Positions 27,345-36,049 of a DNA stretch of 64,000 bases are shown piece after piece; positions within the stretch are counted from its first letter, which is position 1; every line of letters begins with the position of its first letter. The DNA comes from Candidatus Micrarchaeota archaeon (GTDB lineage Archaea; Micrarchaeota; Micrarchaeia; Micrarchaeales; CABMGC01): the NCBI GenBank assembly GCA_028867025.1, contig JAGWHC010000001.1:275198-339197 (forward strand). The letters are read 5' to 3'. Both the position numbers and the translations under genes were made by a program. Below the pieces are notes generated by a model that made no database searches, was not told the DNA's origin, and was given only the letters and a program-made list of their open reading frames with translations.

Positions 27345-27833
27345 CTATTGATTAGGATACTTTTCTACCTTGTTCTCTACATAGACTATTGGTATCCCTG
27401 CCTGTTTAAGGAAATCGCGCGTCAACTTTGCCGCATGGTATTTCTTTTGACAAACTATGCGTTCCACGCCTGCATTTATCAACATCTTTGTGCAGGTGAA
27501 GCACGGCTCAAACTTCACATACAGGGTAGACCCTCCGACGGAAATGCCGTGCAGTGCTGCCTGGAGTATTGCGTTCTGTTCAGCGTGTATCGTTCTTATG
27601 CAGTGCTTCGAGACGGTGCCGTCGGGATTTACCTCATCGCTCATAAGATGCCCTACTTCATCGCAGTGCGGCATGCCCCTTGGCGACCCTACATAGCCTG
27701 TGGTAAGGATCCTTTTGTCCTTCACGAGTACAGCGCCGTTTCTGCCTCTGTCGCACGTACCTCTTGTACCTACGACATGTGCCACATTAAGAAAATACCT
27801 GTCCCATGAAGGTCTTTTGTATTTTTCTACAAT
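27345..27833 (-). CDS. dCMP deaminase (ComEB-like); true start appears upstream of the ORF-track GTG
   Basis: RPSWDRYFL, RGTCDR, TGYVGSP.G..HC, HAEQNA and PCFTC zinc motifs. Confidence 0.9.
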   Translation of the reverse strand: MVEKYKRPSWDRYFLNVAHVVGTRGTCDRGRNGAVLVKDKRILTTGYVGSPRGMPHCDEVGHLMSDEVNPDGTVSKHCIRTIHAEQNAILQAALHGISVGGSTLYVKFEPCFTCTKMLINAGVERIVCQKKYHAAKLTRDFLKQAGIPIVYVENKVEKYPNQ

Positions 27834-27942
27834 AGCACCTCGCTTAGTTAGCTACGCTGAAGGGGTAAGGGGTACTTGGAAAAGAAGAGCTATAAACAGC
27901 TCACGCTAGAGTTTGTAGCAAGATGAACAGCGCCTTCTTGGA

Positions 27943-28221
27943 CTATCTTGAGAGGTCGTTCACTTCTTCCTTTGTAGTCTCCTGCCCGCCGACCGAAGGT
28001 GCGGATACGAGCACTACGTCGCCGACGTTCTTCACGCTCTTGTACAGCACACTCTTCTGCATCAGCGTCTTTCTCATGTCGCCCTTCATGCTCTTCATGG
28101 GTATCATGAGAAGCCTGCTCACTTCTCCCTTCTCCAGATCAACTATTATGTCCTGCACTTCGCCCAAATATTGTCCGGAGTCGCTGTATATGTCCATTCG
28201 ATAGATCTCGGAAAGCTTCAT
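27943..28221 (-). CDS. PRC-barrel domain protein
   Basis: LSEIY.MDIYSDSG.YLGEVQDIIVD...GEV and VKNVGDVVLV. Confidence 0.88.
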   Translation of the reverse strand: MKLSEIYRMDIYSDSGQYLGEVQDIIVDLEKGEVSRLLMIPMKSMKGDMRKTLMQKSVLYKSVKNVGDVVLVSAPSVGGQETTKEEVNDLSR

Positions 28222-28302
28222 TTTCTCGCCTTGTCGCCGCTATTATACTCTACTAATACATTTATAAGTTTTTTAGAATAGCGGAACGCTCTGCCCGATC
28301 AG

Positions 28303-31026
28303 TCAGTTTTTAACTTTGACGGGCATGGCTTTCTGCGGCTGGGTGCTACCAAGGCGTATCGTCTTCTCCTGCTCCATCGCCCTCTCGTAAGCGGCATTGG
28401 AGCGCAGCAGTCCCTTGGAGATCAGGTGTTGCGCCAGGATAGTCTCGGTAACGTGCCTCGTCATGCGCGAGTTGTCATACTCGTCCTTGGCCACGTAGAT
28501 GTCAACTATGTGGCAGCCGTTGATCCCCCTTATCCCGGATGGCACGTGTATGTTCCTCACGTAGGAGCTCTGGGAGGAGTCCTCCATGGAAAGCCCCCTC
28601 AAGACTACGTGGTTTAGCGTGCTTACGCTCTGCATGCTGTGTAGATCGCCGACGAATGTGGCCACAGCGCTCGACTTGCTTCTCTCCAGCGCCTTTATCA
28701 TGCCAGGCTTGGTGGCAGGGTACCTGTGGGACATCTTGACATTGAACTTGTGATCAATGTCTTCTATGGCATAGGTGTCTGTGCCCGTCTCCTTTCCGCT
28801 AATGGCCTTTATCCTGGATTTCCATCCTTCCGGAAGTTCGCCGTTCTCTCCCGCCATGCTCAGGTACATGATTGTGGAGTTCCTTAGGCGTATCGCTTCA
28901 TCGTGCGCTTCGTCGGCCTCGGTGTTGTTGGCGTGGTTTCCAGAGACAAACGCTATGCCACCTCCGCGCTTCACTACGTCATGGATGACCGGCCCGAAAA
29001 TCTGTATAAAGACTAGAGGCTGCGCGTCTACGTTCAGGATGACCTTGGTATTCGGGTTTGCTATCTCTATTTCTGGGTCAGTTCCCTGGCTTATGATGCT
29101 CGCGTAGCCAATACCTTCCCCTCTGTTGCCCTCCAGTATATCGCCGTCGAAGACTATGCCGTCTGGCTTCTTTTCAAGAAGGAGCTTGACCGCAGCCTTC
29201 ATGAGCTCTATGTCCCCGTGGCCGCCGATATGCGTGTCGGTGATGTGCGCGAACCTATAGCGCCTCTCCGGAAGCGGCTCTGGCTTGCTCATGTAAGGGA
29301 CCATCTCCAGGAGCGTGGATTCTGTCAGCCAAGCAGCATCCCTTGGCTTGAGCTCGCTCGGCCTCTTGCTTTTGATCACTGCCACTTCAAGACTCTCTTT
29401 TGCTTCAATCTCACCTGTTCCGGAAGGTCCGTTCGTGTTCTTAACCGAGCTCAGCATCTTCTTTACTACAAGGCCCTCTTCTATGTCGCTAAGCGCTCGC
29501 TGGTCCCTCAGCAACCTTTCGTTGAGCGAATCAAGCATTATGTCAAAATCGCGGCCTATTGTGATCATTTTAGCTCCGCTGTCTATCAGCGTCTTTGCCA
29601 CGCTCTTAGCTTCCTCTATCTTTGTGCCTTTCTTCCATTCAGTGGAAACGCCTTTCACTCCGTCGCTTCTCCAGAAAGGCCCCTGTTCCACCGTAAGGAG
29701 CAGGGATTTTGACTCGCCCTTAAGCAGCTCCAGCGAGCTTGAGCTGTAGGCGTGGTGTCCGCTCAGCAACAAGTTTATCGGTGCGCTTTCAAGCTTGTAT
29801 TTTGCATACTCGTCGCTGTTCTCAAGAAGTCTGTTAAGCACAACGGAGGGCAGGTTGTTGCTTGAGGTTGTCAGTGCCGCGCTATTTTGTCCCAGTGACC
29901 TACCGATAATCACGTTTACCTGGAAGCTCCCATCCCTAAGTTTGTACACGCTCATTGCGTCGCTCTGTATGCTGAGGTCTCTTTTCCTTCCGAAAACGTC
30001 CTTGAGCGTGGACATGTAGAATGAGACGCTCACGGCGTGTATCTCCTTCATCACATCCGGAGGCGTCCTTGGAGTGTGGGCGAACCTGGTTACCTCCTTC
30101 GTCTTGCTCTGCACTTCTTCGCTTATGAGCGCAAAATCCGCATCCTTCAGTCTTTTTTCTATTTTTCTTAGGGAGTTTGTTAGCCTTTTTGCTTCCAGCA
30201 TCAACTCGTCGAGTTTCTTTTGATCGTTCTGCGCGTTCTTAATCTGGTCGTCCACCAGCTGCTTCTGTTCCATCCTCGCGGTCTGCATCTCGATTAGCTC
30301 ATCCTTGGTGAGCTTTGCCTTTGACATTGTGTCAAGGATTGCTAGATGTTTCTCCCTCTCGACCAGCTCGTCAAGTTCCTCTCTGTTCATGCGCATTTTT
30401 ACTCTGATGTTATCGATTTCTTCCAGGATGTGGACGTCACGCACGTCGTCCGTCCCAAGACCCGAAACAAGCTTTTGGATGGAATCTATGCAGCTTCTTA
30501 GCGTGTCTTCTCTGACAACTCGCGCATCCTGGGTGTCTTGAAGGAAATCTTCTATCGCAATCGGATCAAATGCGTAGGCGAGCTGTATCTTGAGGTCAAG
30601 ATCGTCTACGTTGTTGTCATCGCTCACGCCAGTTACGTAAATCACTTTCGAGGTGCTTGGCAGCGTACGGAACAGCCTTTCCATATGGGGCTTCATCTTG
30701 GCCGCGGCGTCGTCTATGTTTTTTACGCCCTCCTTTAGCGACAAAAGCCTGTACTTCTTCCTCTTAGACGCGACTTCTGGTATTTCGGGCAGGGCGCCGC
30801 CTAGTATCGTGAGCATGTCTGGTACTTCGTGAGGGTTGTGCTGCAGATAGTACGCCAGGCCTATGAGGTTGTCGGTGCTCATGTAGTTTGAGGCTCCGGC
30901 AAGCTGTGAGATTGTCAGCACTTTGAAGTTTTGTCTCTTAATCTGTGATTCGGCAGCAACGCCTGTAGAAGGAACAGGAACTTGCTCTAAATCCTCAATT
31001 CCAGTTTGACCTGGATTGGTCGCCAC
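28303..31026 (-). CDS. Large coiled-coil protein with C-terminal calcineurin-like metallophosphoesterase and probable degenerate N-terminal copy
   Basis: HITDTHIG, FDGDILEG, VSGNH, MSH and VGDLH in the C-terminal half; long K/E/L-rich heptad region at aa ~160-320. Confidence 0.75.
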   Translation of the reverse strand: MATNPGQTGIEDLEQVPVPSTGVAAESQIKRQNFKVLTISQLAGASNYMSTDNLIGLAYYLQHNPHEVPDMLTILGGALPEIPEVASKRKKYRLLSLKEGVKNIDDAAAKMKPHMERLFRTLPSTSKVIYVTGVSDDNNVDDLDLKIQLAYAFDPIAIEDFLQDTQDARVVREDTLRSCIDSIQKLVSGLGTDDVRDVHILEEIDNIRVKMRMNREELDELVEREKHLAILDTMSKAKLTKDELIEMQTARMEQKQLVDDQIKNAQNDQKKLDELMLEAKRLTNSLRKIEKRLKDADFALISEEVQSKTKEVTRFAHTPRTPPDVMKEIHAVSVSFYMSTLKDVFGRKRDLSIQSDAMSVYKLRDGSFQVNVIIGRSLGQNSAALTTSSNNLPSVVLNRLLENSDEYAKYKLESAPINLLLSGHHAYSSSSLELLKGESKSLLLTVEQGPFWRSDGVKGVSTEWKKGTKIEEAKSVAKTLIDSGAKMITIGRDFDIMLDSLNERLLRDQRALSDIEEGLVVKKMLSSVKNTNGPSGTGEIEAKESLEVAVIKSKRPSELKPRDAAWLTESTLLEMVPYMSKPEPLPERRYRFAHITDTHIGGHGDIELMKAAVKLLLEKKPDGIVFDGDILEGNRGEGIGYASIISQGTDPEIEIANPNTKVILNVDAQPLVFIQIFGPVIHDVVKRGGGIAFVSGNHANNTEADEAHDEAIRLRNSTIMYLSMAGENGELPEGWKSRIKAISGKETGTDTYAIEDIDHKFNVKMSHRYPATKPGMIKALERSKSSAVATFVGDLHSMQSVSTLNHVVLRGLSMEDSSQSSYVRNIHVPSGIRGINGCHIVDIYVAKDEYDNSRMTRHVTETILAQHLISKGLLRSNAAYERAMEQEKTIRLGSTQPQKAMPVKVKN

Positions 31027-31185
31027 CAGTCTCCCCGTCGATTACAAGCGTTGATAGAACAACGGCAAGTTTTAAAATATAGGAAAACCAGAATTTTACT
31101 TTGGTTATAAGTAACAGGGATTGAATCATGTTTCAAATTTTTTATCGCGAGAAACTTTTGACACTGGCCAGTTTATAAACATGAA

Positions 31186-32340
31186 CTAAGGCTGCATCCA
31201 GTCTATCTCGAAGTAGTCGTGCTTGCTTCCTGGAAGTTTGATCTGCCTGACCCTGTAGTACGTGACTGCTGTCTCTCTGTCCGCTATTGCAAGCAATAAC
31301 TCCAGCCCCATTTTCTTCGATTCCTCTATAGCCCTCGAGAATTCCTGCCCGCCTATGTACTCCTCCTCACTGAGAGAAAGCATCGCGAACTTCGGTGGGT
31401 TCCTTCCGGGCGCATCGGCTTCGCCACCGTGCCTGTGATACAGAACAAAGTCTATGTTCTGCATTCCGGGACTTGTTTTTCCGGGCACTGCAAGTATCAG
31501 TGTTTTCCTGACTGAATGCGCAACCCTTATGGCCCTCGCCCATTCCGATATGAGCAGCTTTGAGTCTTTGGGAAACACCTGAATGACGTGCTCCGAGTGT
31601 GTCTGCCCTTTGCTGGCTTCCATGGGCCTTGCGCCAGGGAAATAGACCCTGAAATGTGTTCCGAACTTGAATCCTGTCTTGACAACGTAGCCCTTTTCCC
31701 TCCAATCCCTGTAAACTCCGTAAAGGCTCATGAAGTCCTCACGCCTGCCAGTCGCCAGTTTCGCCAGTTCTGCCCTTGTTGCGTTTTGCAGCGCGAGAAT
31801 GCCCTTATCCATAAGAAGCAGCGTCTCGAAAACGTCGAGCTTGTTCAGGCTGCCTCTATCCGCCGCCTTGTACGAGCCGTACTGGCCTATCCAGAATTTC
31901 TCGTATAGCATCCTGCCATCTTTTGCGTCATCAAGAACAGCGACAAGGTCATTCTTGAAAAGGTTTCCGCTAAGTTTGCGCTTGGGCAACCTTAGCGACG
32001 AAGCGGGATAGCCTTTCGCCTGAGGCTGATGGTTTTTTGCATAGTCTTGTTCAGCAGGGATAGCGGTAAGCCCTCGATCCCTCCAGTCTTTGTATGTAAA
32101 GTACCTTGCCATGAACTTGTTGGAGTCTGAGAACCTTGCAGCGAGATCGCTGAATCCTATCTCCTTGCTGCTGTATCTGCAAACAGCGTTGCGCATGTCA
32201 ATCAGATAGAGTGCTTCCTCCACGGTCAGCTTCAGTGAATGGTTTTCAGGAGTGCCATAGAACCCTCTTTTCAGTATGTCCACAGTAGAAGCGTCCGTAG
32301 CGGTTATTGCGCCTTTGCCATGCATCTCAAGTTCAAGCAT
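31186..32340 (-). CDS. endA: tRNA splicing endonuclease, three-unit epsilon2 (ARMAN/Micrarchaeota) type
   Basis: Duplicated units (EEALYL..YKDWRDRG; YRDWREKG); catalytic unit KTGFKFGTHFRVY, HSEH and RVAHSVRK; ~384 aa from the ATG at 32340. Confidence 0.9.
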   Translation of the reverse strand: MLELEMHGKGAITATDASTVDILKRGFYGTPENHSLKLTVEEALYLIDMRNAVCRYSSKEIGFSDLAARFSDSNKFMARYFTYKDWRDRGLTAIPAEQDYAKNHQPQAKGYPASSLRLPKRKLSGNLFKNDLVAVLDDAKDGRMLYEKFWIGQYGSYKAADRGSLNKLDVFETLLLMDKGILALQNATRAELAKLATGRREDFMSLYGVYRDWREKGYVVKTGFKFGTHFRVYFPGARPMEASKGQTHSEHVIQVFPKDSKLLISEWARAIRVAHSVRKTLILAVPGKTSPGMQNIDFVLYHRHGGEADAPGRNPPKFAMLSLSEEEYIGGQEFSRAIEESKKMGLELLLAIADRETAVTYYRVRQIKLPGSKHDYFEIDWMQP

Positions 32341-32439
32341 GTTCGTCTTAGGTATATCGGCATCAAAGCGCTTATAAGCTTCTAGCGTGTCTTGAGTAGT
32401 GGCGACAGATTGGCTGCTGACCATGCCTATAACGAAAGA

Positions 32440-33408
32440 ATGAGGCGCGCAAGGATTGCGGTGCTGACCATACTCGGTCTGAGCATAGGCATGTTTATTG
32501 TCATTGCTGTCCTTGCCACGCTGAACGAGGGTTTGGACAAGTTCGTCGCTACCCTCGAATCGATAAACCCGCTGTACTATTCTGCTGCGCTTGTGTGCGT
32601 GCTTCTGAGCACGATAGTTGGTTTCCCGAAGTGGGACATGTTTGTTAAGAAGCTAGGTATACACATACCCTGGCAGCAGAATTTCGCAATCTATCAGTCA
32701 ATGTTTTCTATGGACATAACTCCGGGGAGATGGGGCAGGGCGGTGGTGGCCTATACGATCAACAGGATAACCGGGCTCCGGTTCGGGAAGACGTTCCCGG
32801 CTGTGGTCGCAGACATACTGACCGATTTTCTGGGTTTCATAAGCGTGGCGATAGTGACCTCATTCCTGGTCCGCAGCTACACTCTGGTGTCTATCGTGAT
32901 AAGCGTACTCCTGCTAATTCCGTTCTTCTTCATCTACGTACGTGCGCCGTACGAATGGGTGAAGAGGAAGCTTGGCGTATGGAGAAGGCTGAGAGGAGTG
33001 TTCAAAACCGCTGACATCTATTTCAGGAGCAGCAGGTCGTTGGACGCTGGAACATACCTGTACGCCATGATTTTCACCATACCCTCGGTGATACTGAGCA
33101 GCCTCGCGCTCTACTTCGTAATACTCAGTTTTGGAATCGCACTTGCTCCGGACCTTATTCCAACTATACTTTTCATATACACGTCATCGCTGCTGATCGG
33201 AATGGTGACCGGCATACCCGGCACTCTGGGAGTAACCGACGCTGCGATGCTCGGATACCTCATTGCTTTCTTCGGGAGCGCAGGCCTAACCTTTGGAATC
33301 GCATCTGCCATAATCATCTTCTACAGAATAGCCAGTATGTGGTTCACTGAAGGGGTAAGCACGGGCTTCTTGATCTACACGATGCGGTACTGGAAACTTA
33401 GGGGTTAG
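32440..33408 (+). CDS. Lysylphosphatidylglycerol-synthase TM / flippase-like membrane protein (UPF0104)
   Basis: Polytopic; ITPGRWG, GIPGTLGVTD and YRIASMW. Confidence 0.8.
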   Translation: MRRARIAVLTILGLSIGMFIVIAVLATLNEGLDKFVATLESINPLYYSAALVCVLLSTIVGFPKWDMFVKKLGIHIPWQQNFAIYQSMFSMDITPGRWGRAVVAYTINRITGLRFGKTFPAVVADILTDFLGFISVAIVTSFLVRSYTLVSIVISVLLLIPFFFIYVRAPYEWVKRKLGVWRRLRGVFKTADIYFRSSRSLDAGTYLYAMIFTIPSVILSSLALYFVILSFGIALAPDLIPTILFIYTSSLLIGMVTGIPGTLGVTDAAMLGYLIAFFGSAGLTFGIASAIIIFYRIASMWFTEGVSTGFLIYTMRYWKLRG

Positions 33409-34165
33409 ACAGCACCCTGTAAAGACTGTCTTTCTCAGCGAAACTGAGCTCTCCGGGCACTATGAGAGACAGCACCTTTCCCTCAAGCACCTTTGATAGC
33501 GAATTCATGTCCTTGAGTTTTACTTGTCTTATCTCCTTGTCATGCCTGCCCAGGTTTGCAAGAATCAGTATCTCTGTTTCCGCACTAACTGCCGATTTCT
33601 CAGAAATCGCATTCATCATTATCTCCATCGCTTCTGATATCCTCATGGGCCTGCTGTTCTTCTGGTCAATGTCAAGCAGAACAAGGGTATGCTGGCCGTT
33701 CTGCAAGTTTTTGTTTATAGAGTCGATGAAAGACCTTGGCTTGTATTTGTCTGACCAGAAAGGTATGGTCACCGTGGGCCCGAACTTGTAAACATCAAGC
33801 CCGCTCTCCCCTATGGCTATCGAGAATACGGAAGGCGCGTGTATGACTTCGCATTTGATCTTCTGTGCCTTTGCTTCGTTGAGAATTATGCTGTGCGTCG
33901 TCGCTATCAAAGGGTCTCCGGGGACGAGTATGACCACTTTCTTGTCCTTCGCCATGGCGACGGTGTGCTTGATGTCGTCCTCAAGGTCTTTCCTCTTGAT
34001 CTGCTTTGGCTCCCTTCCGGCCTGCCTTGCAATGAAATCAGCATACTCTTTTGGGATGAAAGATGTGTATGTCTCCAGCAGAAGCTGGTCAGCTTCCTTT
34101 ATCTCCTCGAGCGCGAGAGCCGATAAGTCCTTTGTTCCCAAACCCAATCCGATGAGAAAAAGCAT
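33398..34165 (-). CDS. dph5: Diphthine synthase
   Basis: MLFLIGLGL, ETYTS, LVPGDPLIATTH, SGLDVYKFG.TVTIPF and HTLVLLDI. Confidence 0.96.
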   Translation of the reverse strand: MLFLIGLGLGTKDLSALALEEIKEADQLLLETYTSFIPKEYADFIARQAGREPKQIKRKDLEDDIKHTVAMAKDKKVVILVPGDPLIATTHSIILNEAKAQKIKCEVIHAPSVFSIAIGESGLDVYKFGPTVTIPFWSDKYKPRSFIDSINKNLQNGQHTLVLLDIDQKNSRPMRISEAMEIMMNAISEKSAVSAETEILILANLGRHDKEIRQVKLKDMNSLSKVLEGKVLSLIVPGELSFAEKDSLYRVLSNP

Positions 34166-34166
34166 G

Positions 34167-34832
34167 CTACCCTCCCAGTGGTCTTGCTAGCTCAAGCAGC
34201 TTTTCGCGCAACTTATCAAGCTGCCCGGAAATCCCACTCGAGATGGCTACACCATCCGCTCCTTCTTTCACCGCCGCGCGTACGTCTTCGCCGCTCCTTA
34301 TGCCCGCACCCACCAAAAAGCGGCCCTTATAGCCGGCACTTCGCACAGCGTCAAGCACATATGACACAAACTCTGGTCTTTCTGTGGATATCGCTGTGTT
34401 GGACCCTATAAGCGCAGGATCCTCGACAATTATGAATGTTGGGTCAGATGCGGCGATACGCACCGCTTCTACAGGTCTGCTGGTAAATACGGCCGACTCA
34501 AGTCCGCTCTCCTTTACTGAAGAGATCATCCTTTCAAGCAAAATCACGCCTGTGGGCGCATCACTGTGATTCAGAAACGTTCCGCTTGCGCCTGCGTCCG
34601 CGATTGCCCCGAGTGTTATCGCCGCTGTGCCTTTGCTCGATGCGTCTACGCCCTGACAGTAAACCTTTGTTTGTGTTTTAGAGGTCAGAAACCCAAGGTA
34701 GGGGGTGGCTGGTGCGATTATGATCTCGGTTTTTGTATTGTAAGCCACGGATTCGGAAATTTTCGCCAGGTATACGGCGCGCTCTCCGAAAAATTCCCTG
34801 TTGTTCTTAAGGTTTAGGATGAGTGTTCCCAT
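34167..34832 (-). CDS. tpiA: Triosephosphate isomerase, archaeal type (divergent)
   Basis: ILNLKN, FLNHS, VEDPALIGS, LVGAGI.S and GADGV. Confidence 0.85.
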   Translation of the reverse strand: MGTLILNLKNNREFFGERAVYLAKISESVAYNTKTEIIIAPATPYLGFLTSKTQTKVYCQGVDASSKGTAAITLGAIADAGASGTFLNHSDAPTGVILLERMISSVKESGLESAVFTSRPVEAVRIAASDPTFIIVEDPALIGSNTAISTERPEFVSYVLDAVRSAGYKGRFLVGAGIRSGEDVRAAVKEGADGVAISSGISGQLDKLREKLLELARPLGG

Positions 34833-34837
34833 CTAGC

Positions 34838-35788
34838 TCAGTCTTTGATTCCTTCGGGAGTGATTTTTATGACTGTCTCGCCCTCTGGCATGTTTGGCGA
34901 GTCGACGAGCCTGATTATCCTCTTCTCTTCTTTGCTCTTCCTCACATAGAGCCTGGTGGTTGCTGCGTGTGCAACCACGTTCCCGCCAACCGGCGTTGTC
35001 GGGTCACCGAAAAGCATTCCTGGGTTGTCCATGACCTGGTTCGTGATGTAAACTGCGAGCGAGTATGCGTCTGCAAGCCTCTGGAGTTTGTGTATGTGCG
35101 CGTTCAGCTTCTGTTGCCTTTCGTTGAGCGCGCCCCTACCTATGAATTCTGAACGGAAGAGCGCCATCAGCGAGTCCTCAATTATCAGCTTGATGTTCTT
35201 CTCTCTTATCAGCTTGTCTGCCCTTTCTACGGTCAGTATCTGTTGTTCCGTGCTTGTCACCCTGCTCACGAATATGTTGTCGAGCACCTTCTTCGGATCT
35301 AGGCCTGCGCCCTTCGCGTCCGCCTCTATCCTTTCGGGTCTGAAGGTGCCTTCGGTATCGATGAAAAGCACGGCGCCGTCCAAACCTCCTTTACTAGTGG
35401 GCATCTGCACGTTAACTGCGAGCTGGAATCCGAGCTGCGTCTTCCCGCTCGCGAACCTGCCGTACATTTCAGTTATGCCGTTGGTCTCGACACCGCCACC
35501 CAGCAGTTCGTCAAGGCCCTTTGAGCCCGTGGATATCCTACCTATTGCCTTTCTCTTTTCCAAAACTGCCGATGCGGTCTGCACTTCTATGTTAGTTGCC
35601 TCCCTTGCCGCCTCTATTGCCTTCTTAGCGTTCTCCGCGCTGATGCCTATCATTTCGGAAAGCTCGTATGGCGAAGATGCGGCGACCTTTTCTATGTTGT
35701 CTATGCCAGAACTCCTCAATTTTGTAGCTGCGGCCGGTCCTATGCCGGGCAGATCCTCTAGCTCTTTTACGCCTTTGTCCTTAGCCAA
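34838..35788 (-). CDS. radA: DNA repair and recombination protein RadA
   Basis: LEDLPGIG, LDELLGGGVET, GRFASGKTQ, FIDTEGTFRPER, RQQKL and TNQV; TTG start at 35788 follows an AGGGG SD. Confidence 0.97.
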   Translation of the reverse strand: MAKDKGVKELEDLPGIGPAAATKLRSSGIDNIEKVAASSPYELSEMIGISAENAKKAIEAAREATNIEVQTASAVLEKRKAIGRISTGSKGLDELLGGGVETNGITEMYGRFASGKTQLGFQLAVNVQMPTSKGGLDGAVLFIDTEGTFRPERIEADAKGAGLDPKKVLDNIFVSRVTSTEQQILTVERADKLIREKNIKLIIEDSLMALFRSEFIGRGALNERQQKLNAHIHKLQRLADAYSLAVYITNQVMDNPGMLFGDPTTPVGGNVVAHAATTRLYVRKSKEEKRIIRLVDSPNMPEGETVIKITPEGIKD

Positions 35789-35894
35789 AATAGCCCCTAG
35801 GTTTTTGCTCAATTGAGAATATTAAAGCTTGCTACGAGTATGATTTATAAGATTTAAGCGTTAGTTACGCTGTGAGAATGATGCTTTACGCATT

Positions 35895-35929
35895 AAAAAA
35901 AGGCCAGCGCGTGCGATGCATGCGCTGGC
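35895..35929. other. Strong intergenic hairpin next to an A7/T7 tract (terminator or part of a small RNA)
   Basis: GCCAGCGCGTGC-GAT-GCATGCGCTGGC forms 12 bp with one G.U on +; preceded by AAAAAAA. Confidence 0.55.
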
Positions 35930-36049
35930 AAGGCGACCAGTTTCATACTTTTCCCCACAGTAGAGGATCCGTACGAGAACCTGAACACATATCGGCTCTT
36001 TAGGTTTAAAAAGCTTCCGAACTAGTGGAAGTTTTCAAAAGGATGAAAC

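Noticed and set aside
28303-31026. Rad50/SMC or DNA polymerase D small subunit DP1
   Set aside because: No Walker A/B, signature motif or CxxC hook; no DP1 OB-fold pattern, and the motif spacing differs.
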